A stretch of 56,890 nt of DNA from Magnetococcales bacterium (GTDB lineage: Bacteria; Pseudomonadota; Magnetococcia; Magnetococcales; JADGAQ01). Shown here one piece after another: positions 1 to 10,890 of this stretch (its first letter is position 1; every line of letters begins with the position of its first letter). The translations under genes were made by a program, and so were the position numbers. The notes beneath the pieces are model-generated. The model made no database searches. It saw nothing but the letters and a program-made list of their open reading frames with translations, and was not told where the DNA came from. The stretch covers positions 1 to 56,890 of the forward strand of contig JADGAQ010000005.1 in the NCBI GenBank assembly GCA_015231925.1. Direction: 5' to 3'.

Positions 1-104
1 ATGATGGTCCCCAGACCCCTGCAATAATGCAAAAATGAAACAGAAACGGAATGATCTCTTCCGCTAACCGAGGTTACCCGCTTCCACCCCCTCGAGAAAT
101 ACCA

Positions 105-140
105 CAAAAAAACGGACTCCGCAGGGAGTCCGTTTTTTTG
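105..140 (-). terminator. Rho-independent, bidirectional-looking terminator downstream of hppA
   Basis: 9-bp stem acggactcc/ggagtccgt (112-120/125-133) with 4-nt loop. An A-run lies on the left and T7 on the right, so both strands read hairpin + U-tract. About 75 nt past the hppA stop. Confidence 0.6.
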
Positions 141-212
141 TGCGACATTCTTGGGCTGCCCCCGTCGGACCTTCGCCCATACAAGGTCCGACGGGAGAGT
201 TCAGACCGATTG

Positions 213-2252
213 TCAGATGATCAGAGCCACGATCAACAAGGCCACGATGTTGGTGATCTTGATCATGGGGTTCACGGCAGGACCGGCGGTGTCCTTGTAG
301 GGGTCGCCCACCGTGTCGCCGGTGACCGCCGCCTTGTGAGCCTCGGAACCCTTGCCACCGTGATGGCCGTCCTCAATGTACTTCTTGGCATTATCCCATG
401 CACCACCACCCGTGGTCATGGAGATGGCCACGAAGATACCGGTGATGATGGTGCCCATCAGCACGCCACCCAGGGCCTTGGGGCCCAAGGTGAAACCAAC
501 CAGAATCGGGGCCAGAACCGGCAGCAGGGAGGGTACGACCATCTCCTTGATGGCTGCCTTGGTCAACATGTCCACGGCTTTGGAGTAGTCGGGACGCGCT
601 TTGTGCTCCATGATGCCGGGAATCTCGCGGAACTGACGGCGCACTTCCACAACCACGGCACCTGCAGCCCGACCCACCGCTTCCATACCCATGGCCGCGA
701 AGAGATAGGGCAGCATGCCACCGATGAAGAGACCGACAATCACCTCATGATGGGACAGATCAAACGTGAAGCCCGCAGGCAGACCGTGGGTATAGTCCGC
801 GAAGAGGACCAGAGCGGCCAGACCGGCGGACCCGATGGCATAGCCTTTGGTCACGGCCTTGGTGGTGTTGCCCACCGCGTCGAGAGGATCGGTGATGTTG
901 CGGATCTCCGGGGGCAACTCGGCCATTTCCGCGATGCCACCGGCATTGTCGGTGATGGGGCCGTAGGCATCCAGTGCCACGATGATGCCCGTCATGGAAA
1001 GCATGGAGGTGGCCGCCACGGCAATGCCGTAAAGCCCGGCCAACTCATGAGCGCCCAGAATGGCCAGACAAACAGCCAGCACGGGGGCGGCAGTGGCCTT
1101 CATGGAAACGCCGAGGCCGGCAATGACATTGGTGCCATGGCCGGTTTCGGAAGCCTTGGCGATATCGCGCACCGGCTTGTATTCGGTGGCGGTGTAATAC
1201 TCGGTGATCACCACCATGGCGGCGGTGAGAACCAAACCGATCAAGGCACAACCATAGATGGCATTGACGGTGTAGGGAACGCCTTCACCCTTCATCAGCC
1301 AGTTGGTGACGGGGTAGAACAGAATGGCCGAGATGGCGCCGGAAACGATCAAGCCCCGATAGAGGGCGTTCATGATCTTGCCACCCTCCTCACCCTTGAC
1401 GAAGTAGACGCCAACGATGGAGGAGATGATGGAGATGCCACCCAGGGCCAGAGGATAGATCAGGGCATTGCCGAAGAAGGGCATTATCAAAGCGCCCAGG
1501 ATAATGGCAGCCACAACGGTAACGGCGTAGGTTTCGAAGAGGTCGGCAGCCATACCGGCGCAGTCGCCCACGTTGTCGCCCACGTTGTCGGCGATCACGG
1601 CCGGGTTGCGCGGATCATCTTCCGGAATACCGGCTTCCACTTTACCCACCAGATCAGCGCCCACATCGGCACCCTTGGTGAAAATTCCACCACCAAGACG
1701 GGCGAAGATGGAGATCAACGAACCACCGAAGGCCAAACCCACCAGAGGTTTGAGGATTTCGGAAGTGGAGAGATCCACCTTGGAACCGCTGCCCGGCAGC
1801 AACATGGCCATGAACAGGGCCACACCCAACAGGCCCAGTCCGACCACCAGCATGCCGGTGATGGCGCCACCCCGGAAGGCCACCTGCAAAGCGGCATTCA
1901 GTCCACCCCTGGCGGCTTCGGCGGTGCGCACGTTCGCCTTGACGGAGATGCTCATGCCAAAGAAACCCGCCGCTGCGGAAAGAAGCGCACCGACTGCAAA
2001 GCCAAAAGCGGTGGTGATGCCGTTGGCCATAGCCAAAAGGACGAACAGAATGGTGCCGACGTAACCAATGGTGGTGTATTGCCGCTTCATGTAGGCCTGG
2101 GCACCCTCTTCAATGGCCCCGGCAATCTCTTGCATTCTTTCTGTGCCCGGACTCAGACCCAAGATCCACTTTCGGCTCCAGAAGGCGTATCCCACCGCCG
2201 CCAAACCCGCCAAAATGGCGAAGTTCAGCCCTCCGCTTGAATAAGTTACCAT
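213..2252 (-). CDS. hppA: Membrane H+-translocating inorganic pyrophosphatase (V-PPase)
   Basis: 679-aa ORF with ATG start (cat at 2250-2252). Polytopic protein with PPase signatures in the translation ([50 protein letters not shown]). Confidence 0.95.
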   Translation of the reverse strand: MVTYSSGGLNFAILAGLAAVGYAFWSRKWILGLSPGTERMQEIAGAIEEGAQAYMKRQYTTIGYVGTILFVLLAMANGITTAFGFAVGALLSAAAGFFGMSISVKANVRTAEAARGGLNAALQVAFRGGAITGMLVVGLGLLGVALFMAMLLPGSGSKVDLSTSEILKPLVGLAFGGSLISIFARLGGGIFTKGADVGADLVGKVEAGIPEDDPRNPAVIADNVGDNVGDCAGMAADLFETYAVTVVAAIILGALIMPFFGNALIYPLALGGISIISSIVGVYFVKGEEGGKIMNALYRGLIVSGAISAILFYPVTNWLMKGEGVPYTVNAIYGCALIGLVLTAAMVVITEYYTATEYKPVRDIAKASETGHGTNVIAGLGVSMKATAAPVLAVCLAILGAHELAGLYGIAVAATSMLSMTGIIVALDAYGPITDNAGGIAEMAELPPEIRNITDPLDAVGNTTKAVTKGYAIGSAGLAALVLFADYTHGLPAGFTFDLSHHEVIVGLFIGGMLPYLFAAMGMEAVGRAAGAVVVEVRRQFREIPGIMEHKARPDYSKAVDMLTKAAIKEMVVPSLLPVLAPILVGFTLGPKALGGVLMGTIITGIFVAISMTTGGGAWDNAKKYIEDGHHGGKGSEAHKAAVTGDTVGDPYKDTAGPAVNPMIKITNIVALLIVALII

Positions 2253-2318
2253 CCTTTCGTCTCCCCTGTCCGTCTGAACTGCGTGATCACGATTCCTGAG
2301 ATCTTTCCTGACGCAATA

Positions 2319-2960
2319 CTAGCCCAAAATGGCACACAGCTCCTCATAGACCTTTTCCATGTCCTGCATGCCATCAACGCTACGGAAATTGCCACCCTTC
2401 CGATAGTAATCCAAAAGAGGCGCGGTCTGGTTGTGGTACACATGCAACCGGTTGCGCACCGTGGCTTCGGTATCGTCGGCCCGCTGGGTCAACGTTCCGC
2501 CGCACTTGTCGCATACCCCGGCCTTGGCCGGAGCCTTGAACTGGGTGTGATAGCCCTCGCCACACTGAGAACAGGTCCAACGCCCGGTGATCCGATTCAC
2601 CAAGGCTTCGTCGTCGGCCCGAATGTCGATGACGCAATCAATCTTCTGCTGCCGCTCCGAAAGCATGCTGTCCAGGGCTTCGGCCTGGGGCACGGTACGG
2701 GGGAAACCGTCCAACAGAAAGCCCTTCTGGCAATCCGCTTCCTTGGTGCGATCGGCGATGATGCCAACCACCACGGAGTCCGGCACCAAACCGCCACTCT
2801 CCATGGCCGCCTTGGCCTTCAAGCCGACTTCCGAGCCCGCCTTCACGGCCGCACGCAGCATATCGCCGGTCGAAAGCTGCACGATTCCGTAACGCTCGGC
2901 AATACGTCGTGCCTGGGTTCCCTTGCCTGCTCCGGGAGGCCCCATGAATATCAATTTCAT
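2319..2960 (-). CDS. adk: Adenylate kinase
   Basis: 213 aa. N-terminal P-loop MKLIFMGPPGAGKGTQ and a Cys4 lid (CSQCG...CDKCG). ATG start. Confidence 0.95.
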   Translation of the reverse strand: MKLIFMGPPGAGKGTQARRIAERYGIVQLSTGDMLRAAVKAGSEVGLKAKAAMESGGLVPDSVVVGIIADRTKEADCQKGFLLDGFPRTVPQAEALDSMLSERQQKIDCVIDIRADDEALVNRITGRWTCSQCGEGYHTQFKAPAKAGVCDKCGGTLTQRADDTEATVRNRLHVYHNQTAPLLDYYRKGGNFRSVDGMQDMEKVYEELCAILG

Positions 2961-2963
2961 CTG

Positions 2964-3281
2964 TCAACCCTCCAACGCAATTTCCGATTTTCCTTGAACC
3001 GACCTCATCCGCTCTTCGCGGTAACCCTCCAGCCAGAAAAGGGCCTCCACATCCAGATCCCCCGGAACCTGGCGGATCCCCGTCAACCAGTCCAGCAAGT
3101 CCGCATCGGGATGTTCCAGCACCCGCAACAGGCGGCTACACTGTTTTGCATCCAGTTTTTCCCGCTCCACCGCCATGAACCGGGACAGCACCTGTTCCAT
3201 TTCCGCCATGGAGCGGCGACTGGCCTGGAAGGCCAGCCGGCGTCTCAACCCGTCGCCATCCACCTCAGCAGGGTCTGGCAT
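2964..3281 (-). CDS. sdhE: FAD assembly factor SdhE (flavinylation factor for succinate dehydrogenase/fumarate reductase)
   Basis: 105 aa. SdhE/Sdh5-like pattern RRRLAFQASRRSMAEME...LLRVLEHPDADLLDWLTG. The usual RGxxE motif appears as RSMAE. Lies 3 nt upstream of adk. Confidence 0.7.
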   Translation of the reverse strand: MPDPAEVDGDGLRRRLAFQASRRSMAEMEQVLSRFMAVEREKLDAKQCSRLLRVLEHPDADLLDWLTGIRQVPGDLDVEALFWLEGYREERMRSVQGKSEIALEG

Positions 3282-3284
3282 CGC

Positions 3285-4070
3285 CTACTCGCCGTCAAAG
3301 GTAACCAGTTTTTTGCTCCAGTCGATGTCGGAAAGCACCACCCCATCCCACGGAGAACGGCCATAGTACATGACCCCCTCCGTCTTGACATCTTCAAAAT
3401 GGGCCGATATCAAGCCGGTCTTGCGAAAATCTCCCCCGGACAGGTCGCAGCCGACAAAGCGGGTGTCCGTCAGGTTGGAATCGCGCCAGACCGCAGTGGT
3501 CAGTGCGGTCTCCCGGAATACCGCTCCGGAGAAGTCGCTTTCCAGCATCTGGGTAGCTCGCCACTCCCCGCGCTCGAAGTGAGCCTCCCGCAGATCACTC
3601 AACAACAGACTGGCCCCGGAGCCGATAACGTCGACAAACCGGCAGCCAGCCATCTTCACTCTCTGGAAAAAGGCCCCTTCCAGGTGAGCGCGGGAGAAAT
3701 CGCATGCCGACAACTCGGAATCCTGAACATACAGAGAGGACATTCTGGATTCCAGGAAAAGACCACGACGCACCACACTGCCGGACAGATTGGCGCCGGT
3801 CAGATCCATTCCCGAAAAATCGACACCCGAAAGGTCCATGAAGGTCAAATCGGCATTGCGTAATGTCGCGGGCTTGCCAAGGGCCTCCAAAAGGGACTCC
3901 CGGCTGGAGATTCGTTTCACATATACCTCGCGAGGGAACAAAGGCCGTAAACCGCAACGTCCGCCGTCGGCAATCGTCTCCGAACCGTAACCCGTCCGTG
4001 GATGAAAAGTAAATGAGCCGACTTGCCAGCGCAATGATTTTCCCACCACGGCGCAGCGGAAATATCCCAC
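3285..4070 (-). CDS. Pentapeptide-repeat protein
   Basis: 261 aa with long runs of A(D/N)LXX-type pentapeptides (LRNADLTFMDLSGVDFSGMDLTGANLSGSV...). GTG start (cac at 4068-4070). Lies 3 nt upstream of sdhE. Confidence 0.8.
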   Translation of the reverse strand: MGYFRCAVVGKSLRWQVGSFTFHPRTGYGSETIADGGRCGLRPLFPREVYVKRISSRESLLEALGKPATLRNADLTFMDLSGVDFSGMDLTGANLSGSVVRRGLFLESRMSSLYVQDSELSACDFSRAHLEGAFFQRVKMAGCRFVDVIGSGASLLLSDLREAHFERGEWRATQMLESDFSGAVFRETALTTAVWRDSNLTDTRFVGCDLSGGDFRKTGLISAHFEDVKTEGVMYYGRSPWDGVVLSDIDWSKKLVTFDGE

Positions 4071-4292
4071 ACCACCTTACATACGACCAAACCCTCCACT
4101 TCGACCTATCATTTCAGTCAATCACTAAAAACTTCAAAAATAATATTTTGAAATTTAAATGAATTGCGACCCGAACGTCAAAAGACAGAACATTTTCTTT
4201 TTTTACCTTTTAAAAGAATAAACTGTTAATGCTCAAAATGTTCAGCGAATTCCGCCACTTGGTTGAGGGCGTCACCCAACGCCACGGCTCGA

Positions 4293-4335
4293 CAAATAAA
4301 AAGCTCCTGGAAGCCGACAACCCGGCCTCCAGGAG
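4293..4335 (-). terminator. Rho-independent terminator of the korAB transcript
   Basis: On the minus strand: gctcctggaggccgggttgtcggcttccaggagc hairpin (8-bp outer stem ctcctgga/tccaggag) followed by TTTTTATTTG. About 15 nt after the korB stop. Confidence 0.7.
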
Positions 4336-4350
4336 CGCAAAGCTTGCGAA

Positions 4351-5226
4351 TCAGGGACGGGAAAGATTGATGATCTTATTGAGATCGTAATCGGGGCTAC
4401 CGCCGACCCGAGTCACGAACTCCGCCACCCGCTCATCCAGCGTCGGGCGCTCGACCTGATAAAGCAGACCGATGGGAGCCTTGCCATTGGGACGGCGTGC
4501 CAGTTCCATCGCCTTGCCCAAATCCTTGGTATCGTGACCCGCCGGAATCTCCTCCACCAGGTCGCGATAGTACTGAATGGTGCAGATCGGGTTGAAGGAG
4601 GGGCACTGGGAGAAGATGTTGACGTAGGAGAAGCCCTTGTGTTCCATGGCTCCCTTGATCAACTCGGCACACAGTTGCGGCTTGCCGGCAAAGGCCTGGG
4701 CCACATAAGTCGCCCCGTAGGTCAACATGTACAGAATGGGATCCATGGGATCGTCCGGACCGCCATATGGCGTGGTATACGCTTTCAATTCCGGAGGAGA
4801 TGTTGGGGAGTACTGCCCCTTGGTCAATCCATATATGCTGTTGTCATACAGCACATAGGTCATATTGACGTTTTTGCGCGCCATGTGAGGCATATGGCCC
4901 CCACCGATGGCAAATCCGTCCCCGTCGCCACCGGTCACCAGAACCTCCAGGTCCGGACGTGCCAGTTGGGCTCCGGTGGCCACGGCGCCAGCCCTACCAT
5001 GCAGCGTGTGCATTTTATAGGACTGCATGAAGTAGGGGGTGCGGGAGGAGCAGCCGATACCGGAGATGGCCATCAACTTGGACGGATCGACGCCCACTTC
5101 CGACAAGGCCCGGTAAATCCCGTTGAGAATGCCGTGGTGACCACAACCGGGACACCAGACCACCGACACCTCGGACTTGTAATCCTTCGGCTTCAACTCG
5201 ACTTGATGGAGGGCAGCGGAGCTCAT
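4351..5226 (-). CDS. korB: 2-oxoglutarate:ferredoxin oxidoreductase, beta (TPP-binding) subunit
   Basis: Translation shows VWCPGCGHHGI and the TPP motif GGDGDGFAIGG...YDNSIYGLTKGQ. Start moved to the ATG at 5226 (MSSAALHQ...), which forms an ATGA overlap with the korA stop. Confidence 0.88.
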   Translation of the reverse strand: MSSAALHQVELKPKDYKSEVSVVWCPGCGHHGILNGIYRALSEVGVDPSKLMAISGIGCSSRTPYFMQSYKMHTLHGRAGAVATGAQLARPDLEVLVTGGDGDGFAIGGGHMPHMARKNVNMTYVLYDNSIYGLTKGQYSPTSPPELKAYTTPYGGPDDPMDPILYMLTYGATYVAQAFAGKPQLCAELIKGAMEHKGFSYVNIFSQCPSFNPICTIQYYRDLVEEIPAGHDTKDLGKAMELARRPNGKAPIGLLYQVERPTLDERVAEFVTRVGGSPDYDLNKIINLSRP

Positions 5227-6941
5227 TTCAACACCTCTTTGGCTTTCTCGACCATCTGGGCGGGGGTGAAGGGCAGTCCCTCGCAAATGGTGAACGGAAT
5301 CGGTTTTATGGAGGTTTCGGAGCGGATGAAGTGGGACAATTGCCCCTGGAAATTGACTTCCGGAACCAGGATCTTTTTGCAGGTGGCTGCAAAGGCTTCA
5401 TATTGAGCCACCGGCATGGGCCACAGCAGTTTGGGGTAGAAGCCCTTCACCTTGTAGCCTTCCGCCCGCAGACGGGAGATGGCTTCCCGAGCGACACCGA
5501 TGGTGCTGCCCCAGGTGATGATGCCCAGATCCGCCTCGCCCTCACCATCGACTTCCGTAGGCTTGCAATCGTTGACCACGTTGTTGATCTTGTTGAAGCG
5601 CTTCTTCATCTGAGCCGACCGATTGGCCGGAGAGGTGTTCGGCGCTCCCGTTTCACCGTGTTCCAGGCTGGCTGCGACATACATGCCGTTGGGCGTACCC
5701 GGATCGGTGATCGCGGAAATACCGTCGTCGGTGATGGAATAGCGCTTGAACGTGCCCTCTCCATCCCAACGTTTGCGGTTGATGATGGTGTAGCTCTCCG
5801 GCTTGGGTGCCGGAACCGTCTGGGTGGAGAAGGCCAGGGAGCCGTCGGAAAGCAGGAGGACGGCCGTTTGATACTTCTCCGCCAGATTCAGGGCATCCAC
5901 CGTCATGTCGATGCAGTCCTTCACGTCCTCGACCGAGAGGACGATGCGGGGAGCATCGCCGTGAGCGCCATGAATAGCCAGGAACAGGTCCGACTGCTCA
6001 TGCTTGGTGGGCATGCCCGTGGAGGGACCACCGCGCTGAACATCCACCACCAACACGGGAATCTCGCTCATGTAGGCCATGCCAAGCATCTCGCTCATCA
6101 GGGCCAGACCCGGACCGGAGGTGGAGGTCATGGACTTCTTGCCGGCATAGGAAGCACCCACCACCTGGGAAATGGAGGCAATCTCGTCTTCCGCCTGAAC
6201 CAGCGTACCGGCCGTTTTGGGAATATGGGTCGCCACATACTTGGCCACTTCCGTGGCCGGGGTGATGGGGTAGGCCGCAAAAAACTGCAGCCCGCCCAGA
6301 ATGGCCCCCAACCCGACCGCATCGTTGCCGGAGATGACGATCACGTCCTTGGCGGGACGCGGATCCTCCACCCGCCAGGGGTCGGTCTTCTTGGCCGCCA
6401 ATCCCAGGGCCTTGCCCCGCTCGAAGGCCTCAAGATTCAGATTGAGAATCTCTTCACCCTTCTTCTTGAACTTTTTGGTCAAGACCTCCTTGATGGTGGC
6501 CTCGCTGATGTTGAACAGCACCGAAAGCGCCCCGATGGCCACCATGTTCTTGGAGCGGTAGGACTTCATCTCCTTGGCGGTCTGGGACATGGGGATGGGG
6601 TAGGCATGAACCCCTTCGGGAATGGCATCCGGTTCGAAATCGCCGCCCGGATAGTCGTAGACGAAAGCCGTTCCGGGGGTGAGGAGATGCTTGTTCATCT
6701 CGTAGGCTTCGCCATTGAAGGCGCAGAAGACATCAAAGGTGTCCCCTTGATTGTAAACCCGCTCCGGACTGGTACGCACCTGATACATGGCGTATCCGCC
6801 CTTGATCTCCGCCGGAAAGGTCTTGAAAGTGTAGACTTCCATGCCCGCCCTGGCGCAGGCGGCGGCGATGAAATCGCCGGTGGAAATGATCCCCTCCCCG
6901 CCCTCACCCGCTACCCGGATGATAAGGTCATTCTTGGTCAT
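5223..6941 (-). CDS. korA: 2-oxoglutarate:ferredoxin oxidoreductase, alpha subunit
   Basis: 572 aa with typical KorA layout (N-terminal gamma-like domain GEGGEGIISTG, then YPITPATE and SGPGLALM motifs). ATG start. Confidence 0.88.
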   Translation of the reverse strand: MTKNDLIIRVAGEGGEGIISTGDFIAAACARAGMEVYTFKTFPAEIKGGYAMYQVRTSPERVYNQGDTFDVFCAFNGEAYEMNKHLLTPGTAFVYDYPGGDFEPDAIPEGVHAYPIPMSQTAKEMKSYRSKNMVAIGALSVLFNISEATIKEVLTKKFKKKGEEILNLNLEAFERGKALGLAAKKTDPWRVEDPRPAKDVIVISGNDAVGLGAILGGLQFFAAYPITPATEVAKYVATHIPKTAGTLVQAEDEIASISQVVGASYAGKKSMTSTSGPGLALMSEMLGMAYMSEIPVLVVDVQRGGPSTGMPTKHEQSDLFLAIHGAHGDAPRIVLSVEDVKDCIDMTVDALNLAEKYQTAVLLLSDGSLAFSTQTVPAPKPESYTIINRKRWDGEGTFKRYSITDDGISAITDPGTPNGMYVAASLEHGETGAPNTSPANRSAQMKKRFNKINNVVNDCKPTEVDGEGEADLGIITWGSTIGVAREAISRLRAEGYKVKGFYPKLLWPMPVAQYEAFAATCKKILVPEVNFQGQLSHFIRSETSIKPIPFTICEGLPFTPAQMVEKAKEVLK

Positions 6942-7005
6942 GCCATTACCCCTTTTTGTTCTGTCATTCTTTGTAGTCAGTCGCGAGAAGCAAACCGGGT
7001 GAGCA

Positions 7006-7881
7006 TCAGCCCCCCAAAGCCTTCTTCACCGTGATGCCGATATCCGCCGGAGAACGGGCGATGTGGACACCCGCCGCTTCCAGCGCGGCGAATTTTTCCT
7101 CAGCCGTGCCCTTGCCCCCCGAAATGATGGCGCCCGCGTGACCCATGCGCTTGCCCTTGGGAGCCGTGGCTCCGGCGATGAAACCGACCACCGGTTTGGT
7201 TACATGGGCCTTGATGTAGGCCGCCGCCTCCTCCTCGGCGGTTCCGCCGATTTCACCGATCATGATCACCGCTTCCGTCTGCGGATCCTTCTCGAACATG
7301 GCGAGGCAGTCGATGAAGTTGGTGCCGTTGATGGGATCGCCACCCAGCCCGACGCAGGTGCTTTGTCCCAGCCTGACGGCGGTGGTCTGGGCAACCGCTT
7401 CGTAGGTGAGGGTGCCTGAGCGGGAAACGACGCCCACACGACCCGGAAGATGGATGTGACCAGGCATGATTCCGATCTTGCAGGCTCCCGGAGTGATCAC
7501 TCCGGGGCAGTTCGGCCCCACCAGACGGGTCTTGGATTTATCGGAGAGGAAGCGCTTCACCCGCACCATATCCAGAACCGGAATGCCCTCGGTGATGCAG
7601 ACCACCAGCCGAATGCCGGCGTCTGCGGCTTCCATGATGGCATCGGCGGCGAAGGCCGCCGGAACGTAAATGACCGATGCCTCGGCCCCGGTCTCCTTCA
7701 CGGCGTCATGCACCGTGTGGAACACCGGCAGACCCAGATGGGTGGTGCCTCCCTTGCCGGGAGTCACCCCTCCCACCATACGGGTTCCGTAAGCGATGGC
7801 CTGTTCGGAATGAAACGTGCCGTTGGCCCCGGTGAAACCCTGACAGATAACCCGCGTCTCCTTATCGACCAGGATAGCCAT
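7006..7881 (-). CDS. sucD: Succinyl-CoA synthetase alpha subunit
   Basis: 291 aa. [18 protein letters not shown]..., SRSGTLTYE, and the catalytic His context [14 protein letters not shown]. Confidence 0.95.
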   Translation of the reverse strand: MAILVDKETRVICQGFTGANGTFHSEQAIAYGTRMVGGVTPGKGGTTHLGLPVFHTVHDAVKETGAEASVIYVPAAFAADAIMEAADAGIRLVVCITEGIPVLDMVRVKRFLSDKSKTRLVGPNCPGVITPGACKIGIMPGHIHLPGRVGVVSRSGTLTYEAVAQTTAVRLGQSTCVGLGGDPINGTNFIDCLAMFEKDPQTEAVIMIGEIGGTAEEEAAAYIKAHVTKPVVGFIAGATAPKGKRMGHAGAIISGGKGTAEEKFAALEAAGVHIARSPADIGITVKKALGG

Positions 7882-7884
7882 GGA

Positions 7885-9051
7885 TCAATTCCCCTTGATG
7901 GCGGCGACCACTTTCTCAGCGGCCTCGTTCAAATCGTCGGCAGAGATGATCGGCAGCCCGGAGGCGGCCAGAATCTCCTTGCCCTGCTTGACATTGGTCC
8001 CTTCCAGGCGAACCACCAGGGGCACCTTCAGGGCAACATCCCTGGCGGCGGCCACGACACCCTCGGCAATGACATCACAACGCATGATGCCGCCGAAGAT
8101 GTTGACCAGAACCGCCTTGACGTTGGGATCGGAGAGAATGATCTTGAAGGCCGCCGTAACCCGGTCGGTCGTCGCACCACCGCCCACATCCAGGAAGTTG
8201 GCCGGGCTGCCCCCCTTGAGCTTGATGATGTCCATGGTGGCCATGGCAAGCCCAGCCCCATTGACCATACAGCCGATGGAGCCATCCAGGGCGATGTAGT
8301 TGAGATCGTACTTGGAGGCCTCCACTTCCTTGGGATTCTCTTCGTCGAAATCCCGCAGCTCCTCGATATCCTTGTGGCGGAAGAGGGCGTTGCTGTCGAA
8401 GTTCATCTTGGCATCCAACGCCATGACTTCGCCTTCTTTGGTCACCACAAGTGGATTGATCTCGGCCAGAGAGCCGTCACAGCTTTCGAAGGCATTGTAG
8501 AGGCCGGTCATGAACTTGACCGCCTTGCCGACCTGTTTGCCTTCCAGCCCCAAACCGAAGGCCAGTTGCCGCGCCTGGAAACCCTGGAAACCCACCGCCG
8601 GGTCGATGGCCACTTTCAGGATCTTTTCCGGAGTGCGGGCGGCGACCTCCTCGATTTCCATGCCACCTTCGGTCGAAGCCATCATGGTGATGCGCCCGGT
8701 TCCCCGATCCACCACCATGCCGAGATAAAGCTCACGGGCAATGTTGCAGCCCTCTTCCACATAGATACGGCGCACCACCTTGCCCTGCGGGCCGGTCTGT
8801 TTGGTCACCAGGGTCATGCCCAGGATCTCCTTGGCCCGCTCCCGCACTTCCGCCACGGACTTGGCCACCTTGACACCACCCCCCTTGCCCCGACCACCGG
8901 CATGAATCTGAGCCTTGACGACGAAGACATCGCCACCCAGCTCCCGGGCGATAGCTTCCGCCTCGGCCGGCGAGTAGGCGACCCGTCCCCGAGGCACCGC
9001 TACGCCGTAACGGGCCAGGATCTCCTTGGCTTGATATTCGTGAATATTCAT
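7885..9051 (-). CDS. sucC: Succinyl-CoA synthetase beta subunit
   Basis: [17 protein letters not shown]... ATP-grasp N-terminus. Start set at the ATG at 9051, preceded by GGAGGAG. The track ORF extends 10 codons further upstream. Confidence 0.95.
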   Translation of the reverse strand: MNIHEYQAKEILARYGVAVPRGRVAYSPAEAEAIARELGGDVFVVKAQIHAGGRGKGGGVKVAKSVAEVRERAKEILGMTLVTKQTGPQGKVVRRIYVEEGCNIARELYLGMVVDRGTGRITMMASTEGGMEIEEVAARTPEKILKVAIDPAVGFQGFQARQLAFGLGLEGKQVGKAVKFMTGLYNAFESCDGSLAEINPLVVTKEGEVMALDAKMNFDSNALFRHKDIEELRDFDEENPKEVEASKYDLNYIALDGSIGCMVNGAGLAMATMDIIKLKGGSPANFLDVGGGATTDRVTAAFKIILSDPNVKAVLVNIFGGIMRCDVIAEGVVAAARDVALKVPLVVRLEGTNVKQGKEILAASGLPIISADDLNEAAEKVVAAIKGN

Positions 9052-9171
9052 GACTCCTCCAACCCCGAGTGGCTTGACCACATCTCAAAAGGAAACACCG
9101 CGTGTCGCAACTATACCTGAACCGTTTCCACGAATCTTCCCTTCATCTTCACCTCGAAAGGAGCGACCGGC

Positions 9172-10887
9172 TCAATTCCCTCCCGAACCACGTCGCCGTG
9201 GGGTGGGTCCGAAAGGATCCTTCCTTTTTTCTTTCGTCTCCGCAAGGGGGTACTTCGGCAGCAACACCGGCCCCGTGACGCTACGGGAAACCCCTTCACT
9301 CTCCAGCACCTCCAGAAACGGCTCCAGATGCCCAAGCCCGGGAGCGCCACCCCAGCCGTTGTTCCGGGCCATCTCCGCCGCCGCCCCGCCCGCCTTTTTG
9401 CCGAAGACGAGGATTTCCAGCAGGGCGTTTCCCATCAACCGGTTGCGCCCATGCACCCCTCCCGTCACCTCACCGGCGGCAAACAGACCCGGCATGTCGG
9501 TGCGCCCATCCACATCGATCACCACCCCCCCGTTCTGATAGTGCAGTGTGGGATAGGCCAGGAGGGGAACTTCACGAATATCGATGCCCTTGCGGGAAAA
9601 TTCCTGGAATCGACCGGGAAATTCTTTTTCGATGGTGCCGCGTCCATGCAACAGATCGATCAGGGGAATGTCCAGCCAAACCCCGACGCCCCCCCCCGGC
9701 GTTTTGACGCCATTCTGGAATTCGACACACTCCCGGATGATGGCCGCCGTTGTTACATCGCGCGGCTCCAGGGAGTAGACGAATTCATCCCCGTGACGAT
9801 TCAGGAACGGAGCCCCCAAACCCCGGAATTTCTCGGTCAGCAGCAGCCCGGCCTTCTCTTCCGGAAAGGCGATTCCCGTGGGATGGTATTGACAATACTG
9901 CAAATCCCGCAGAGGCAAACCGGCGCGGTAGGCCATCACCAAACCGTCCGCCGTGGCCCCGTAATGGTTGGAGGTGGGAAAGCCCTGCAGATGCAGCCGC
10001 CCGAATCCCCCGGTTGCCATGACCACGGCCTTGGCTTTTACCACCAGGGAGCGGGAGGCCTTGAGCAACTGTTCCCCCAGGACACCGACCGTGCGACCGT
10101 TTTCGTCCGTCAGCAACTCGACCGCCGCCGTGAACTCCAGTACCCGGATGCCAGGATAGCTTTCCGCTTTGTCCCGAATGACCCGCATCATCTCCAAACC
10201 GGTCACATCGCCCGCCGCATGCAAGCGTTTGCGGGAAGTTCCCCCGCCGTGACGCACGATCATACGGCCCGTGGGATACTTGTCGAAGAGCATGCCCAGC
10301 TCTTCCAGCCAGCGCAGCACCCGGGGGCCCTCCCGAACCAGCACCTCCACCAGCGCCGGATTGTTGGAAAAGTGCCCACCCCCCAAGATGTCCAGATAGT
10401 GTTGTACCGGCGAGTCGCACTCCTGGTCCGCAACCTGAATGCCCCCCTCCGCCATGACCGTATTGGAGTCGCCGTGGCGCAATTTGGTCAGCATCAGCAC
10501 GCTGGCCCCCGCCTCGGCGGCAGCGATGGCCGCCGCCGTACCGGCGCCGCCTCCGCCGAGTATCACCACATCGGCGGCGTAATCCGCCTCCAACGGGGCT
10601 CCCACCCGGTCGAGAACCGATTTGCGAGGCCACGATTCCAGGCAGTTGGCCAACTCGACCGGAACCTCCTGTCCCTTCGAAGCCCCGGCACGGAGTTTTC
10701 GTTTGCCGTCCGGCGAAAAATCGGGATGAAACTCCTCCAGCCAGGCTTTACGATCCGCCAGGGTCAGCGATGGAAAGGTTTCTCCCCGACGCAACCGAGC
10801 CAAACGGGCATCCCGGGTCTTTTCAACCTGCCGAATGGACTCTCGCAAGGCGTCCGGCATTTTTGCAAAGCTGGCCCGCATTCCCAT
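9172..10887 (-). CDS. FAD-dependent fumarate reductase/succinate dehydrogenase-like flavoprotein with ~100-aa N-terminal extension
   Basis: 571 aa. Dinucleotide-binding DVVILGGGGAGTAAAIAAAEAG, then SNTVMAEGGIQ and HPTG..., as in the FrdA/SdhA/NadB superfamily. No membrane-anchor genes are adjacent. Confidence 0.7.
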   Translation of the reverse strand: MGMRASFAKMPDALRESIRQVEKTRDARLARLRRGETFPSLTLADRKAWLEEFHPDFSPDGKRKLRAGASKGQEVPVELANCLESWPRKSVLDRVGAPLEADYAADVVILGGGGAGTAAAIAAAEAGASVLMLTKLRHGDSNTVMAEGGIQVADQECDSPVQHYLDILGGGHFSNNPALVEVLVREGPRVLRWLEELGMLFDKYPTGRMIVRHGGGTSRKRLHAAGDVTGLEMMRVIRDKAESYPGIRVLEFTAAVELLTDENGRTVGVLGEQLLKASRSLVVKAKAVVMATGGFGRLHLQGFPTSNHYGATADGLVMAYRAGLPLRDLQYCQYHPTGIAFPEEKAGLLLTEKFRGLGAPFLNRHGDEFVYSLEPRDVTTAAIIRECVEFQNGVKTPGGGVGVWLDIPLIDLLHGRGTIEKEFPGRFQEFSRKGIDIREVPLLAYPTLHYQNGGVVIDVDGRTDMPGLFAAGEVTGGVHGRNRLMGNALLEILVFGKKAGGAAAEMARNNGWGGAPGLGHLEPFLEVLESEGVSRSVTGPVLLPKYPLAETKEKRKDPFGPTPRRRGSGGN

Positions 10888-10890
10888 CCC

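Noticed and set aside
1-104. Possible 3' end of an upstream plus-strand gene or small ORF at the window start
   Set aside because: There is too little sequence and no readable frame with a recognisable product. Only the terminator hairpin that follows is supportable.
51-2240. 729-aa plus-strand ORF. Similar long shadow ORFs occur at 2283-3863, 5331-7034, 7450-9120, 9328-11751, 14427-16352, 25844-27058, 28462-29820, 29792-31327, 38195-41899, 51282-52763 and 53457-54749.
   Set aside because: Each lies opposite, or out of frame with, a gene that has clear family signatures (hppA, adk, korA, sucCD, frdA-like, PFOR, mfd, yejAB-like and others). Their translations are Gly/Arg/His/Pro-rich with no motifs.
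4100-4260. Palindromes in the AT-rich region upstream of the pentapeptide gene (tcaaaaataatattttga, atttaaat)
   Set aside because: They are imperfect or very short and made only of A/T in an AT-rich promoter region. That is not beyond what composition alone would give.
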